From Planctomycetota bacterium (GTDB lineage: Bacteria > Planctomycetota > UBA1135 > UBA2386), in the NCBI GenBank assembly GCA_965228735.1, contig OZ245838.1, positions 6,368,001 to 6,432,000 on the forward strand: DNA of 64,000 bases, written 5' to 3'. Shown here in pieces: positions 46,049-58,116 of the stretch. Every line of letters begins with the position of its first letter. The stretch's first letter is position 1. The position numbers were made by a program, and so were the translations under genes. The notes under the pieces are model-generated. The model had not been told where the DNA came from. It saw nothing but the letters and a program-made list of their open reading frames with translations, and did no database searches.

Positions 46049-47410
46049 TCAGGCGGATGGGCCGCCGAGCTCGGCCGCCACGACCGCTGCGAGCTCGTCG
46101 CACAGGCGGTTCGTGAGGGCCTCGTCCGCGGCCTCGATCATGACCCGGCACTTCGGTTCGGTGCCCGAATAGCGCAGCAGCAGGCGGCCATCGGAGCCGA
46201 GCTCGGCCTCGATCTCGCGGGCCTTCGCGGCGACTGCCGGCACCGTGTCGAGGTCGGGTTTGCGCAGCACGGGCACATTCACGAGCTTCTGGGGGAAGCG
46301 CTGGAACGCGGCGAAACAGCTCGCGAGTCCGTTCTGCTGGCCGGCCGGCAGGTCGAGGAGTCGGATCGCGGTGTAGAGCCCGTCGCCGACGAGCTCGTTG
46401 TCGGCGAACAGGATGTGTCCCGACTGCTCGCCGCCGATCGCCGCGCCGCGCTCCTTCATCGCGAGCCAGACGTTGCGGTCGCCGACGGGGGTGACGTCGA
46501 CCTGCACGCCAGCCTTCCCGAGCGCCTTGTGCAGGCCGAGGTTGCTCATGACCGTCGCGGTCACGAGGTTGCCCGGCAGCTCGCCGGCGGACTGCAGCTG
46601 CAGGCCGAACAGGCACATCACGTCGTCGCCGTCGCGCACCGTGCCCCGTTCGTCGACGAAGATGCCGCGGTCGCCGTCGCCGTCGAGGCAGATGCCGAGG
46701 TCGAGGCCGTGTTCCTGCACCGCGCGCGCCATCGTCTCCGGGTGCAGCGCGCCGACGCCGTCGTTGATGTTGAAGCCGTCGGGTTCACACGCGATCTCGA
46801 CCACGTCGGCGCCGAGCGCGCGCAGGATGCGCGGCGCGAGTTCCGCGCCGCCGCCGTTCGCGGCATCGACGCCGACCTTGCGACCGCTGAGGTCGAGATC
46901 GGCGAACTGCTCGGCGAAGCGTTCGTCGTAGCCGAGCAGCAGTTCCTTGCCCGGCTTGATGCGCGGCGTCCTGGCCTCGGCCGGGCGCAGCTGCAGCGCG
47001 AGTTCTTCGAGTTCGCGCTCGACGTCGTCGCCGAGCTTGCTGCCGTCCTTGGCGAAGATCTTGATGCCGTTGTCGTGCGACGGGTTGTGCGACGCGCTGA
47101 TCATGATGCCCGCGTCGAACTCGCTGCGCGTGCGCGTGAGGAACGCGAGCGCCGGCGTCGTGCACAGGCCGACGTCGGTGATCGCGACCTCGGCGGCTGC
47201 GAGGCCCTGGGCGAGGGCCTCGAGGATCCAGGGCGCGGAGTCGCGGCCGTCGTCGCCGACGATGACGCGCTTCTGCTCGTCGCCCGAGCGTTGCAGAACG
47301 ACGCCGAGGGCGGCGCCGACACGGCGCAGGCTCTCGGGGTCCATCGGCGGGTCGCCGGCACGGGAGCGCAGGCCGTCCGTGCCAAAGCGCAGGGGTTCGA
47401 TGTCGGTCAT
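46049..47410 (-). CDS. glmM: Phosphoglucosamine mutase
   Basis: FGTDG, ISASHNP, DGDGDR, VMSNLG, GGEQSGH and RYSGTEP. Confidence 0.96.
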   Translation of the reverse strand: MTDIEPLRFGTDGLRSRAGDPPMDPESLRRVGAALGVVLQRSGDEQKRVIVGDDGRDSAPWILEALAQGLAAAEVAITDVGLCTTPALAFLTRTRSEFDAGIMISASHNPSHDNGIKIFAKDGSKLGDDVERELEELALQLRPAEARTPRIKPGKELLLGYDERFAEQFADLDLSGRKVGVDAANGGGAELAPRILRALGADVVEIACEPDGFNINDGVGALHPETMARAVQEHGLDLGICLDGDGDRGIFVDERGTVRDGDDVMCLFGLQLQSAGELPGNLVTATVMSNLGLHKALGKAGVQVDVTPVGDRNVWLAMKERGAAIGGEQSGHILFADNELVGDGLYTAIRLLDLPAGQQNGLASCFAAFQRFPQKLVNVPVLRKPDLDTVPAVAAKAREIEAELGSDGRLLLRYSGTEPKCRVMIEAADEALTNRLCDELAAVVAAELGGPSA

Positions 47411-48564
47411 GGCTTGCGGGTCAACGTCACGAGGGCGCCGCTCGTCACGTTGTAATCCGACCGCTCGACGCGATCACCCAGCCCGGAGAAGAACACGAGG
47501 GTTGCCTCGCGCGTGATCTGGCCCTCCCCGATGTCCTCGGGGCGGAGGGCCACGATGAGCGCGATGTTGTCCTTGGCCCATTGATCGAGTGCTGCCTGGC
47601 GTTGTCCTTCGGGTCGCGACCCGATCGGCACGAGATCGAGGAGCACGGGTCCGCCGGCCTCCAGCGTGATCTGCCGCAGGGTCTCGCCGTCCTTGACCTG
47701 GTACTGGCCCTGATCCTCCTGCGGCAACGCCTGCTCGTAGATGTCGATCGGAACCTTCATCGTGTAGGAGTCGGTCTTCTGCGCGACCTTCATGGTGAGC
47801 GTCGAGCCACCGGCGCGAAGCTGCCGCCAAGGTGCGCGGAGCATCACCGCGACGGACAGGTTCTTGTCCGTCTGGCGGGGTGCGACCGTGACGCGGAACG
47901 GCTGTTCGCCGCTCTGGATCGCGGCCTGCAGTCGTTCCATCTCGCGGGTCGGACCCGTGACCTCGACCTTCTCCGGCGAGAACGTCGCGCTGTCCAGGCG
48001 CAGACGTCGGCGGACCTCCTCGTCGTCGACGTCGAGGTAGACGTGACGGGCGAGATCGAGCGTGATCTCGAGGTTGTCCAACCGGTCGATGTTCACCCGG
48101 ATCACCGCCGGCTCCATGACCATCGACAGGCCGGCGAACGCGCTGGGCAGGATGAGCTTGTCGACGTCGAAGTCGACGAAGCCGCTCGCGAGTCCGTCCG
48201 TGACGCGGTCCTCGAGGTCGACCCGCAACTCCGGCCTCTTCCGGCGCAGGGCTTCGATGTCGGCGCTCGGACCCGTGAAGTGGATCGCAACGGCGTTGTT
48301 CGGCAGCGGCTCACCACCGGCCAGGAAGCCGGTCGCGACGATGCGGTCGTTGCCGAAGTCGACGTGGATCTGGCCCGGGGCGCTGCCCTTCGTCTCGAGC
48401 TGGAACTCGAGCGTGTCCGTGCGCTCGAGCTGCAGGTTGAGGAAGTACCACAGCCCGGTGGCGAGGCCGATCGCGGCGAGCTTGCGGTACGGGTCCGCGA
48501 CGATCGCCGCGAGGATGCGGCGTTTGCGCCGGTTGGGGAGTGACCGCGTCGCGAGCGAGGTCAT
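47407..48564 (-). CDS. CdaR/YbbR-like membrane-anchored protein
   Basis: N-terminal TM (KLAAIGLATGLWYF), YbbR-like repeats (FSPEKVEVTGP), and position between cdaA and glmM. Confidence 0.7.
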   Translation of the reverse strand: MTSLATRSLPNRRKRRILAAIVADPYRKLAAIGLATGLWYFLNLQLERTDTLEFQLETKGSAPGQIHVDFGNDRIVATGFLAGGEPLPNNAVAIHFTGPSADIEALRRKRPELRVDLEDRVTDGLASGFVDFDVDKLILPSAFAGLSMVMEPAVIRVNIDRLDNLEITLDLARHVYLDVDDEEVRRRLRLDSATFSPEKVEVTGPTREMERLQAAIQSGEQPFRVTVAPRQTDKNLSVAVMLRAPWRQLRAGGSTLTMKVAQKTDSYTMKVPIDIYEQALPQEDQGQYQVKDGETLRQITLEAGGPVLLDLVPIGSRPEGQRQAALDQWAKDNIALIVALRPEDIGEGQITREATLVFFSGLGDRVERSDYNVTSGALVTLTRKP

Positions 48565-49370
48565 GCGGCCTGCTCCAGGTGCAGGAAGGCCGCGAGCTGG
48601 TTCTCGAGTTCTTCGATCGAGAGCCCGTGGTTGAGCTTGCCGCCGATCGCGGTCGAGATGTTGCCGGTCTCCTCGCTGACGACGAGCACGATCGCGTCGG
48701 TTTCCTCGGACAGGCCGAGCGCGGCGCGGTGCCGGGTGCCGAGGCGCTTGTCGATGTCCGACTGACTCAGCGGGAAGAGGCACGATGCCGCGACGATGCG
48801 GTCGTCGCGCACGACGATGCCGCCGTCGTGCAGCGCGCTCTTCGGGAAGAAGATCGACTCGATCAGATACGAGTTGAGCTCGGCGTCGATCGTGATGCCC
48901 TTGTCCGCGACTTCCGCGAGCGACGCTTCGCGCTCGATCGCGATCAGCGCGCCGACGTGCTCCTTGCTCATGCGGGCCATCGCGCGCACGAGGCGCGGCA
49001 CGATGCGGCTCTCGTGGCGGAAGAACCGGTTGAAGATCGGCGCGTCACCGAGGTGCAGGATTGCCTTGCGGATCTCGGGCTGGAACACCACGACGAGCCC
49101 GATGACGACCGACGGCGCCACCATCGTGAAGAGCTGGCCCAGGTTGCGCAGGTCGAACACGCGGATCAGCACCCACACGACGATCGTGCCGATGAGCAGC
49201 AGCGTCATGCCGTAGATGACGCCGGAGCCGCGGGTCTCGCGGATGAACCGCAGCCCGAAGTAGATGAGGACCGCGAAGACCGCGATCTCGAAGGCCATCT
49301 TGGCGAGCCCGCTGATCTGCTCCCAGCTCGTGTCGCCGTCGAGCAGCGACAGGGCGAACGTCGCCAGCAT
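48561..49370 (-). CDS. cdaA: Diadenylate cyclase
   Basis: Three N-terminal TMs, VFQPEIR, GALIAIER, LHDGG, GTRHRAALG and VSEETG. Confidence 0.94.
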   Translation of the reverse strand: MLATFALSLLDGDTSWEQISGLAKMAFEIAVFAVLIYFGLRFIRETRGSGVIYGMTLLLIGTIVVWVLIRVFDLRNLGQLFTMVAPSVVIGLVVVFQPEIRKAILHLGDAPIFNRFFRHESRIVPRLVRAMARMSKEHVGALIAIEREASLAEVADKGITIDAELNSYLIESIFFPKSALHDGGIVVRDDRIVAASCLFPLSQSDIDKRLGTRHRAALGLSEETDAIVLVVSEETGNISTAIGGKLNHGLSIEELENQLAAFLHLEQAA

Positions 49371-49376
49371 GACGGA

Positions 49377-51716
<2,340 letters not shown>

Positions 51717-52023
51717 GTAGTTTCCTGGTGGGGCGCAGTCCCTTGGCGATCAAGCACCCCACTCTGAGCGCTCATTGGCGGTCCGCGGCACGAGAACGCC
51801 AACCAACGCGAGATCGGCCCCGGCAACCCGATTCTCGGCAACCCGGTGCATGGCATCGGGATCATCGGCAATCGGGGGGCAGGGCCCGTAGTCGCGTTGC
51901 CAACTGGTGTTCAGCGCCGGCGCAGACCTGTCGCAACCACTCTAGGTCGCCGCGCGCGCAGTTGCCAGTCTGCGCGTCCAACGGGGCCCCCGCCTGGGCG
52001 TCCAAGGGGTCCCAGCCGGCGCG

Positions 52024-52554
52024 TCAGCGGGGCGTCCGCGCGGCGTCCGCGTCGATCGCGCGGCCGTCGAGCGCGAGCGCGATCTTGCGGGCCAGGTCGT
52101 TCACGAGTTCGGCCCGCGCCGAGGTCAGGTTCTCGCCGATCGGCGACCGGAACTCGGTTCGGTCGAGCAGCACGCGTTCGATCAGGACCCGGCCGTCGGG
52201 CGCGATCAGCCGCATCGTCACGGCCGCTGCCAGGGTGCCTTCGCGGACCGGATCGGCGGCGCTCCCGGGCACCAGGGTGCGCTCGCGGGCCTCGTCGATC
52301 TGCACCTCCAGCCGGGCGTCGGCGTTGCCCCAGGTCGCGAGCCGGAGGTCGGTCGAGACCGGCAATTCGCGCGCAAGCTTGGCCGCCAGTTCGACTTCGA
52401 GCCGCTGGCGGAACGACTGATTGGTCACGACCGCGAGCGCGACGGTGCGGATCCCGCGGGCCTGCATGCCGGAGCCGAACGTGTAGCCGCACCCCGCGGG
52501 GAGCAGCGCGAGGCCGGCGGCGAGCGCCGCGAGCGCCGGGCGGGGGCCGCTCAC
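52024..52554 (-). CDS. lptE: LptE-like LPS assembly lipoprotein
   Basis: Lipobox PAGCGY, then IRTVALAVVTNQS and C-terminal LARKI; directly downstream of bamD. Confidence 0.72.
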   Translation of the reverse strand: MSGPRPALAALAAGLALLPAGCGYTFGSGMQARGIRTVALAVVTNQSFRQRLEVELAAKLARELPVSTDLRLATWGNADARLEVQIDEARERTLVPGSAADPVREGTLAAAVTMRLIAPDGRVLIERVLLDRTEFRSPIGENLTSARAELVNDLARKIALALDGRAIDADAARTPR

Positions 52555-53567
52555 GGGCCGTCCTCCTTGGCTGCCTCGGTCCCGGGTTCCGGCGTGGGCG
52601 AGCCGGTGGCCGTCGCCTCGTCCGCGGCTTTGGCGTCGGTCAGCGCCGCGAGGTCGCGGACCGCGCGCGCGTGGGCCTCGGTGCCGGCGAACTCGGCCGC
52701 GCTGGCGTAGCCGAGGTGCAGGCGCTGGCCCGCCGGGTTGTCGACCCGGCGGTAGAACTCGGCGATGTAGTAGTGCCGTTCGGCGCGCCACGCGAGGACC
52801 CGGGCGAGGGCCGCGCGGGCCTCGTCGACGAACCGCGGGTTCTCGCGGCCGGCCGCGAGGAACTGCGTCAGCTCCCGGCTCGCGAGCTCCATCTGATCGA
52901 GGTCGTACTCGGGCCCCTGCAGGCCCTCCACCATGCTCATCGCGAAGCGGAACGGCGCGTAGGACTTGCCCCACTCGCTGTCGGGGAAGCGCCGCATCAG
53001 GTCGCGATAGCGTTCTTGCGCGAGCAGGTAGTCCTGGTCGTCGAACGCCATGTCTCCGAGCACGCGCAGCGCGTCCGGAACCCGCGGGTTGTCGGGATGC
53101 CGGGTGATGAGGTGCTGCAGCGCCGAGCGCGCGCCGTCGGCCTCCGAGTAGAAGAACAGGAACGAGCGGTTGCTCTGGTGCAGGGTGTCGCCGATCCGCC
53201 ACACGAGCTCGCCGATCTGCATGCGGCGCTCGCTGTGCGGGAAGCGGTCCGGGAACTTCTCCGCGACCTCGAACGCGTCCCACACCTCGCCCGAGTTGAA
53301 CTCCGCGAACGCGAGGGCGAACTGGTGGCGCTCGGCGAGGCGGAACGCGAGCTCGCCGGGTTCGAGGCTCTCGAGGAGCTCCAGCGCGCCCGCGGGGTCG
53401 TTCTGCTGCAGCCGCTCTTCGGCCGCGGTGATCACGGCCTCGGGATCGGGCACCGTCGCGGGCGCGCCGGCGCACGCCGCCAGCAGCAGAGCCGTGAGCA
53501 CGTCGGCGCATCGACGGGCCGCGATCGGTCGGGTTCCGGCTCGAGATCGGGGCGCGGCGCGCTGCAT
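52551..53567 (-). CDS. bamD: BamD-like TPR outer-membrane lipoprotein
   Basis: Lipobox LAAC; TPRs with FPHSE and FPDSE; AERHYYIAEFY; start uncertain. Confidence 0.75.
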   Translation of the reverse strand: MQRAAPRSRAGTRPIAARRCADVLTALLLAACAGAPATVPDPEAVITAAEERLQQNDPAGALELLESLEPGELAFRLAERHQFALAFAEFNSGEVWDAFEVAEKFPDRFPHSERRMQIGELVWRIGDTLHQSNRSFLFFYSEADGARSALQHLITRHPDNPRVPDALRVLGDMAFDDQDYLLAQERYRDLMRRFPDSEWGKSYAPFRFAMSMVEGLQGPEYDLDQMELASRELTQFLAAGRENPRFVDEARAALARVLAWRAERHYYIAEFYRRVDNPAGQRLHLGYASAAEFAGTEAHARAVRDLAALTDAKAADEATATGSPTPEPGTEAAKEDGP

Positions 53568-53600
53568 CGCGACCGATGTTCGGCCCGGCGGCGGCACCGG

Positions 53601-54341
53601 TCAAGCGAAGACCAGGCGGCGCCAGCGCGGGCGCAGCTCGGTCGCGGTGGCGAGCCATGCGCCGGGCAGGCTGCGGGCCAGGGGCATCGCCACGTCATCG
53701 AATCGGGAATCGGGTCGCGGCCAGTCGCGGCCCGGCGCGTCGCGCAGGAAACGCAGCAGCTGCAGCACGGCGGGTGCCATCACGTGGCGCGGCGGCCGAC
53801 CGTGGTCGCCGCAGAAGAACGCGAGCGAGTCCTCGACGCGGTAGGCGCGATCGCCGAGCGGCGCGCCGCACTCGGCGCAGTGGTCGAGGTCGGGCAGCGC
53901 GCCGAGGTGCGCGAGGAACCGCAGCTCGAGTCCGAGCACGACCCGCGGCAGTCGCGTCGGCGGACAGCGCTCGAGCAGCGTGAGGCCGCCGGCGAGCAGG
54001 TCGTAGGCCGCCGGTTCCGGGCGCTGGTCCGGCATCGTGAACTCGCTGAGCTGCGCCAGGTGACACGCGGCGACGAAGCGCTCCGGCGACCGCAGCGCGC
54101 GCCGTTCGCGCAGGAGCTCGGCGCGGACGAGCAGCCGCAGGCCGCCGCGATCGGCGGAGAACGTCGCGCGTACTTCGTTGAGGAAGTCGATGCGACCGAG
54201 GAACGGCGAGTCGGGCCGGTGGGCGCCCTTGGCGAGTCCGGCGATGCGCCCGTGCTCGCGCGTCACGACGGTCACGATGCGGCTCGACTCGCGGAAGTCG
54301 GAGCGCCGCAGGATCGTGGCGGTCGTCGTGAGCTGCGGCAT
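53601..54341 (-). CDS. recO: DNA repair protein RecO
   Basis: ILRRSDFRESSRIV..TREHGRI..LAKGA, ELRFLAHLG and zinc finger CAECG..C. Confidence 0.92.
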   Translation of the reverse strand: MPQLTTTATILRRSDFRESSRIVTVVTREHGRIAGLAKGAHRPDSPFLGRIDFLNEVRATFSADRGGLRLLVRAELLRERRALRSPERFVAACHLAQLSEFTMPDQRPEPAAYDLLAGGLTLLERCPPTRLPRVVLGLELRFLAHLGALPDLDHCAECGAPLGDRAYRVEDSLAFFCGDHGRPPRHVMAPAVLQLLRFLRDAPGRDWPRPDSRFDDVAMPLARSLPGAWLATATELRPRWRRLVFA

Positions 54342-54449
54342 TGGCCTGGCGGCGATCGGTTTCGGTCGTGGAGCGCCGACGTCCGCGCTACGCTACCCGC
54401 ACCCGGCCGGTGGTGGCACTGCATTCGTCGCCGCCGCCGCCCTGGTGAG

Positions 54450-56465
54450 ATGCGCATGTGGGAGTGGTTGTGGCTGTTGTTCTCCTCGGAAGGGTTCGTC
54501 GCCCGGTGGGACTGCGGGGTCTGGCCCGCCTGGCTCGGCTGGCTGCACATCGTCGCTGACCTGCTGACGTTCCTCGCCTACGTCGCGATCCCGGTGGTCC
54601 TCCTCCGGGTGTTCTTCGTGAACCGCGAGCTGCCCGTCCCGCGGCTCTTTGCGCTGTTCGCGGCGTTCATCTTCGCATGCGGCGCCGTGCACCTCGTCGA
54701 GGCCGTGATGTTCTGGGTGCCGGTGTATCGCCTCTCCGGCGCGCTGAAGGCGGTCATGGCCGTCGCCTCGGTCGCGACGGTGATCGTGGCTGCGCCGGCC
54801 GCTCGCTGGGCGTTGCGGAAGCCGGCCACGTTCGCGGCCACCTCGCGGCTCGCGGCGATCCTGTCGGCGACGACGGACGCGGTGATCGCCATGGATCTCA
54901 GTGGGCGGATCACGAGCTGGAATCGCGGGGCCGAGACCATGTACGGATACGGCGCGGACGAGATGATCGGCGAGTCGATCGAGCGCATCGTGCCGGCCGA
55001 TCGGCTGGCGCAGCTCGACGCGACGACCGAGCGCGTGCGGCGCGGCGAGCGCATCGAAGCGATCGAGACCGAACGGCTGACGAAGTCCGGCGAGCGGCGG
55101 CCCGTGTCGCTCAGCATCACGCCGATCTACGGCCGCCGGGACCGGATGATCGGGATGGCCGGCATCTCGCGCGACATCTCGGCGCAGCACGCCCACGAGC
55201 GCAAGCTCGAAGAGGCCGCGCGGCGGCTCGAACGCGCGAATCGCCGGCTCCGCAAGCTCGCCGACAGCGACGCGTTGACCGGGCTGCGCAATCGGCGCGG
55301 CATCGAGCGCGCGCTCGCGGTGGAGGTCGAACGCATGCGACGGCATGGCTCGCGCGCGGCCGCCGTCCTCGTCGACTGCGACGACTTCAAGTCCGTCAAC
55401 GAGCGCTTCGGCCACGACGGCGGCGACGAGGTCTTGCGCGAGATCGGCAACCGTATCGAAGATCAGGTGCGCGACTCGGACGTCGTCGGGCGGCTCGGCG
55501 GCGACGAGTTCCTGGTTCTCGCGACCGACCTGCGGCCGGGCGAGGCGACGCTGCTCGCGCACCGGATCCGGCAGGCGATCGCGGACCGGCCAGTCACGAC
55601 CTCGTACGGGCCGGTCGCCGTCGCCGTCAGCTGCGGGGTCGAGAGCATCGACCCGCAGAACCCGGACCTCGAGGGGCTCGTCGGGCGAACGAGCGCGGGG
55701 CTCAAGGTCGCCAAGCGGGCGGGCAAGGACACGGTGGCGACGGCCGACACCGCGGCGGTCGCGCTGCCGGGGCCGAGCGATCTGCGCGCCCTCGCGCAGG
55801 CCATCGTCAACGTCGCCAACGGCGAGGTGCGCGGCTACGAGTTCCTCGTTCGCGGACCGCGCGGGCCGCTCGAGTCGCCCGAGCGGCTGTTCCGCGCCCA
55901 CCGCGAGCGCGACTCGCTCACGGACATCGACCTCGCGTCCCTCGACCGTTGCCTCGCGACGGCCGCCGACGTGAAGGCGGGGATGCGGGTGCACGTCAAT
56001 CTGCTGCCGTCGACGCTCATCGAATCGGACGTCGACAAGCTCGGGGAGCAGATTGCCGCCGCCCGCGAGCCGCGCAACCTGTATCTCGAGATCAACGAGG
56101 CGATGCTCGTCGGCGATCCGGCCGCGCTCGCGCCGAGCAGCCGTGAACTGCGACGTCGAACGGGGTGTCGCCTCGCGATCGACGACGTCGGCTACGGCCG
56201 CAGTTCGCTCGAGGCGCTGCTCGTGCTCGAGCCCGACGTCGTGAAGATCGACCGCCGGTTCGTGCACGGGATCGCCACGGATGCCCGGTTGCGCCGGCAG
56301 TTCGCGCGACTCGTGCGCATCGGCCGGGCGATCGGCGCCGAGATCATCGCGGAAGGCGTCGAGCGCGAGGCCGATCGTCGCGTGCTCCTGGAACACGGCG
56401 TCGAACTGGCCCAGGGCTACCTCTGGGGGCGCCCGTCCGAACTCGCGCCGGCCGCACCGTCGTAG
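54450..56465 (+). CDS. Ethylene-receptor-like TM sensor-PAS-GGDEF-EAL protein
   Basis: TM domain with D..AY..IP and I..CG..H; PAS (ITSWNRGAE); DALTGLRNR; RDSD..GGDEF; EAL motifs EFL, DDVGYG, KID, AEGVE and QGY. Confidence 0.9.
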   Translation: MRMWEWLWLLFSSEGFVARWDCGVWPAWLGWLHIVADLLTFLAYVAIPVVLLRVFFVNRELPVPRLFALFAAFIFACGAVHLVEAVMFWVPVYRLSGALKAVMAVASVATVIVAAPAARWALRKPATFAATSRLAAILSATTDAVIAMDLSGRITSWNRGAETMYGYGADEMIGESIERIVPADRLAQLDATTERVRRGERIEAIETERLTKSGERRPVSLSITPIYGRRDRMIGMAGISRDISAQHAHERKLEEAARRLERANRRLRKLADSDALTGLRNRRGIERALAVEVERMRRHGSRAAAVLVDCDDFKSVNERFGHDGGDEVLREIGNRIEDQVRDSDVVGRLGGDEFLVLATDLRPGEATLLAHRIRQAIADRPVTTSYGPVAVAVSCGVESIDPQNPDLEGLVGRTSAGLKVAKRAGKDTVATADTAAVALPGPSDLRALAQAIVNVANGEVRGYEFLVRGPRGPLESPERLFRAHRERDSLTDIDLASLDRCLATAADVKAGMRVHVNLLPSTLIESDVDKLGEQIAAAREPRNLYLEINEAMLVGDPAALAPSSRELRRRTGCRLAIDDVGYGRSSLEALLVLEPDVVKIDRRFVHGIATDARLRRQFARLVRIGRAIGAEIIAEGVEREADRRVLLEHGVELAQGYLWGRPSELAPAAPS

Positions 56466-56486
56466 GTTCGCGCTCCCCGGCGCCGT

Positions 56487-58061
56487 TCAGAATGCCTTGG
56501 GTTGGACCTCGACGCCCTGCGTCGCATGCGCGTCCTGCAGGGTCAGACGCAGGCGCCGCAGGCGCCGTTCGTCGGCCGCGAGCACGACGATCTCGAGGCC
56601 GCCGATCGTGATCACCTCGTCGGGCTGCGGGATGCGGTTGCTGTGCGCGATCACGAGACCGGCGATCGTCTCCCAGTCGCCTTCCTCGGGGAGCTGGCTG
56701 CCGAGCACCTCGTTGACCTCGCGGATCGTCGAACGCGCCGGGAGCTCGACGACGCGGCCCGATTCGACCACGGTCACCGGGCCCTGGTCGCTCTCCTCCT
56801 GGCCGGGCTCGTCGTCGTACTCGTCCGCGATGTCGCCGACGATCTGCTCGAGCACGTCCTCGACGCTCACGATGCCGGCCGTCGTGCCGTACTCGTCGAG
56901 CACGATCGCCATGTGCTGGTTGCCGGCCTGGAAGCGCCGCAGCAGCAGGGCCGCGCCCATCGATTCCGGCACGAAGAGGGTGTCCCGCAGCATCGTCGCG
57001 ACGCGCTGGTCACCAGCCGCATCGTCGTCCTCGACGAGCTTCAGGGCGTCCTTCACGTAGAAGATGCCGACGATGTCGTCGACGCGTTCGCGATAGACCG
57101 GGTAGCGCGAGAAGCCTTGTTCGAGCGCGGCGCGCACGACCTCGCGCACCGGCGTCGACTCCTCGAACGCGACGATGTCCGGGCGCTGCGTCATGATCGT
57201 CGAGATCTGCAGATCCTTGAGCGCGACGATGTTGCCGATCCAGGTGCGTTCTTCGCCTTCGAGCGTGTCCTCGGTCGAGTCCGCGACGGCCGCCATGACC
57301 TGCTTCTGGACCTCGGCCTTGTCGCTCGGCGCGCTCTGCCGGATACGCAGCGCGTGCAGGCAGAGCCTGGTCAGCAGCAGGAGCGGCAGCACGAGCGGCC
57401 AGCGCAGCACGAACCAGCCGGTGCGCACGGCCGGGTGCACGAGCAGCAGTGTGCGCTCGGCCCGGAACTTGGTGATCGCGACCGGCAGACTGCCGGCGAC
57501 GAGCAGCATCAGCGCGCCGAACGCGATGAGCGCGGTGAAGTAGAACTCCTCCGCGACCGCGAGCCGCAGCGCCCACAGGCCGATGATCCAGCCCGCGACC
57601 GTGTAGACGAACGCGACCGCGAGATACTCGGTGTCACGGCTGGCGATCTCGCGATGCAGTCGACTGGCGTCGTCGTCGCCGTCCTCTTCGAGTTCGGCCG
57701 CGAGCAGCGTGCGCGAGTAGCCGAGCAGGCTGGCGACGGCCATCGCGCCGAGCGCAGCGAGGAGCGTCGCCGCGAGCGTGACCGCGACGAACGCGAACGA
57801 CAGCGGCCCGTCTTCGGGTGGCGCAGCGAACTCGCGCACCGCGCCCGCGGTGCCGGCGAGGACGTCGGGGCTCAGCCCGGCGACGGTCACGGCCACGATT
57901 GCCGCGGCCGCGCACCTGTAGGGATCGAACCCGCGAGGATCGAACGCGAGGGTGTGGGGATCGGGGCCGCGAGGGTCGGGATCCGGTTCGTCGGATTCGG
58001 CGAGTGCCGGCTCCGGGGGGCTGTCCGATCGGTCGGGCGTGGGCAATGTGCGCTGGATCAT
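56487..58061 (-). CDS. Hemolysin/CNNM family protein (DUF21-CBS-CorC_HlyC); start uncertain
   Basis: TM region; IMTQRPDI, FSRYPVY, HMAIVLDEYG..GIVSVEDVLEQIVGDIADEYD and ETIAGLV. Confidence 0.88.
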   Translation of the reverse strand: MIQRTLPTPDRSDSPPEPALAESDEPDPDPRGPDPHTLAFDPRGFDPYRCAAAAIVAVTVAGLSPDVLAGTAGAVREFAAPPEDGPLSFAFVAVTLAATLLAALGAMAVASLLGYSRTLLAAELEEDGDDDASRLHREIASRDTEYLAVAFVYTVAGWIIGLWALRLAVAEEFYFTALIAFGALMLLVAGSLPVAITKFRAERTLLLVHPAVRTGWFVLRWPLVLPLLLLTRLCLHALRIRQSAPSDKAEVQKQVMAAVADSTEDTLEGEERTWIGNIVALKDLQISTIMTQRPDIVAFEESTPVREVVRAALEQGFSRYPVYRERVDDIVGIFYVKDALKLVEDDDAAGDQRVATMLRDTLFVPESMGAALLLRRFQAGNQHMAIVLDEYGTTAGIVSVEDVLEQIVGDIADEYDDEPGQEESDQGPVTVVESGRVVELPARSTIREVNEVLGSQLPEEGDWETIAGLVIAHSNRIPQPDEVITIGGLEIVVLAADERRLRRLRLTLQDAHATQGVEVQPKAF

Positions 58062-58116
58062 AGCCAACGGGGTGGGGCCGGTGCAGCTTTCCTCGCGTTC
58101 GGTCCGCGGATCGGGC

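Noticed and set aside
51821..51845. Direct repeat CGGCAACCCG x2 upstream of ftsH
   Set aside because: Short and GC-rich with no recognisable operator (not CIRCE), so it cannot be supported as regulatory.
51846..54449. Apparent 868-aa N-terminal extension of the 1539-aa ORF
   Set aside because: It is antisense to lptE, bamD and recO. The real gene starts at about 54450. Other long Arg/Ala-rich ORFs (11203..14847, 27708..31094, 41583..44633, 48540..51767 and the 5' part of 57952..61104) are likewise GC-rich shadow frames.
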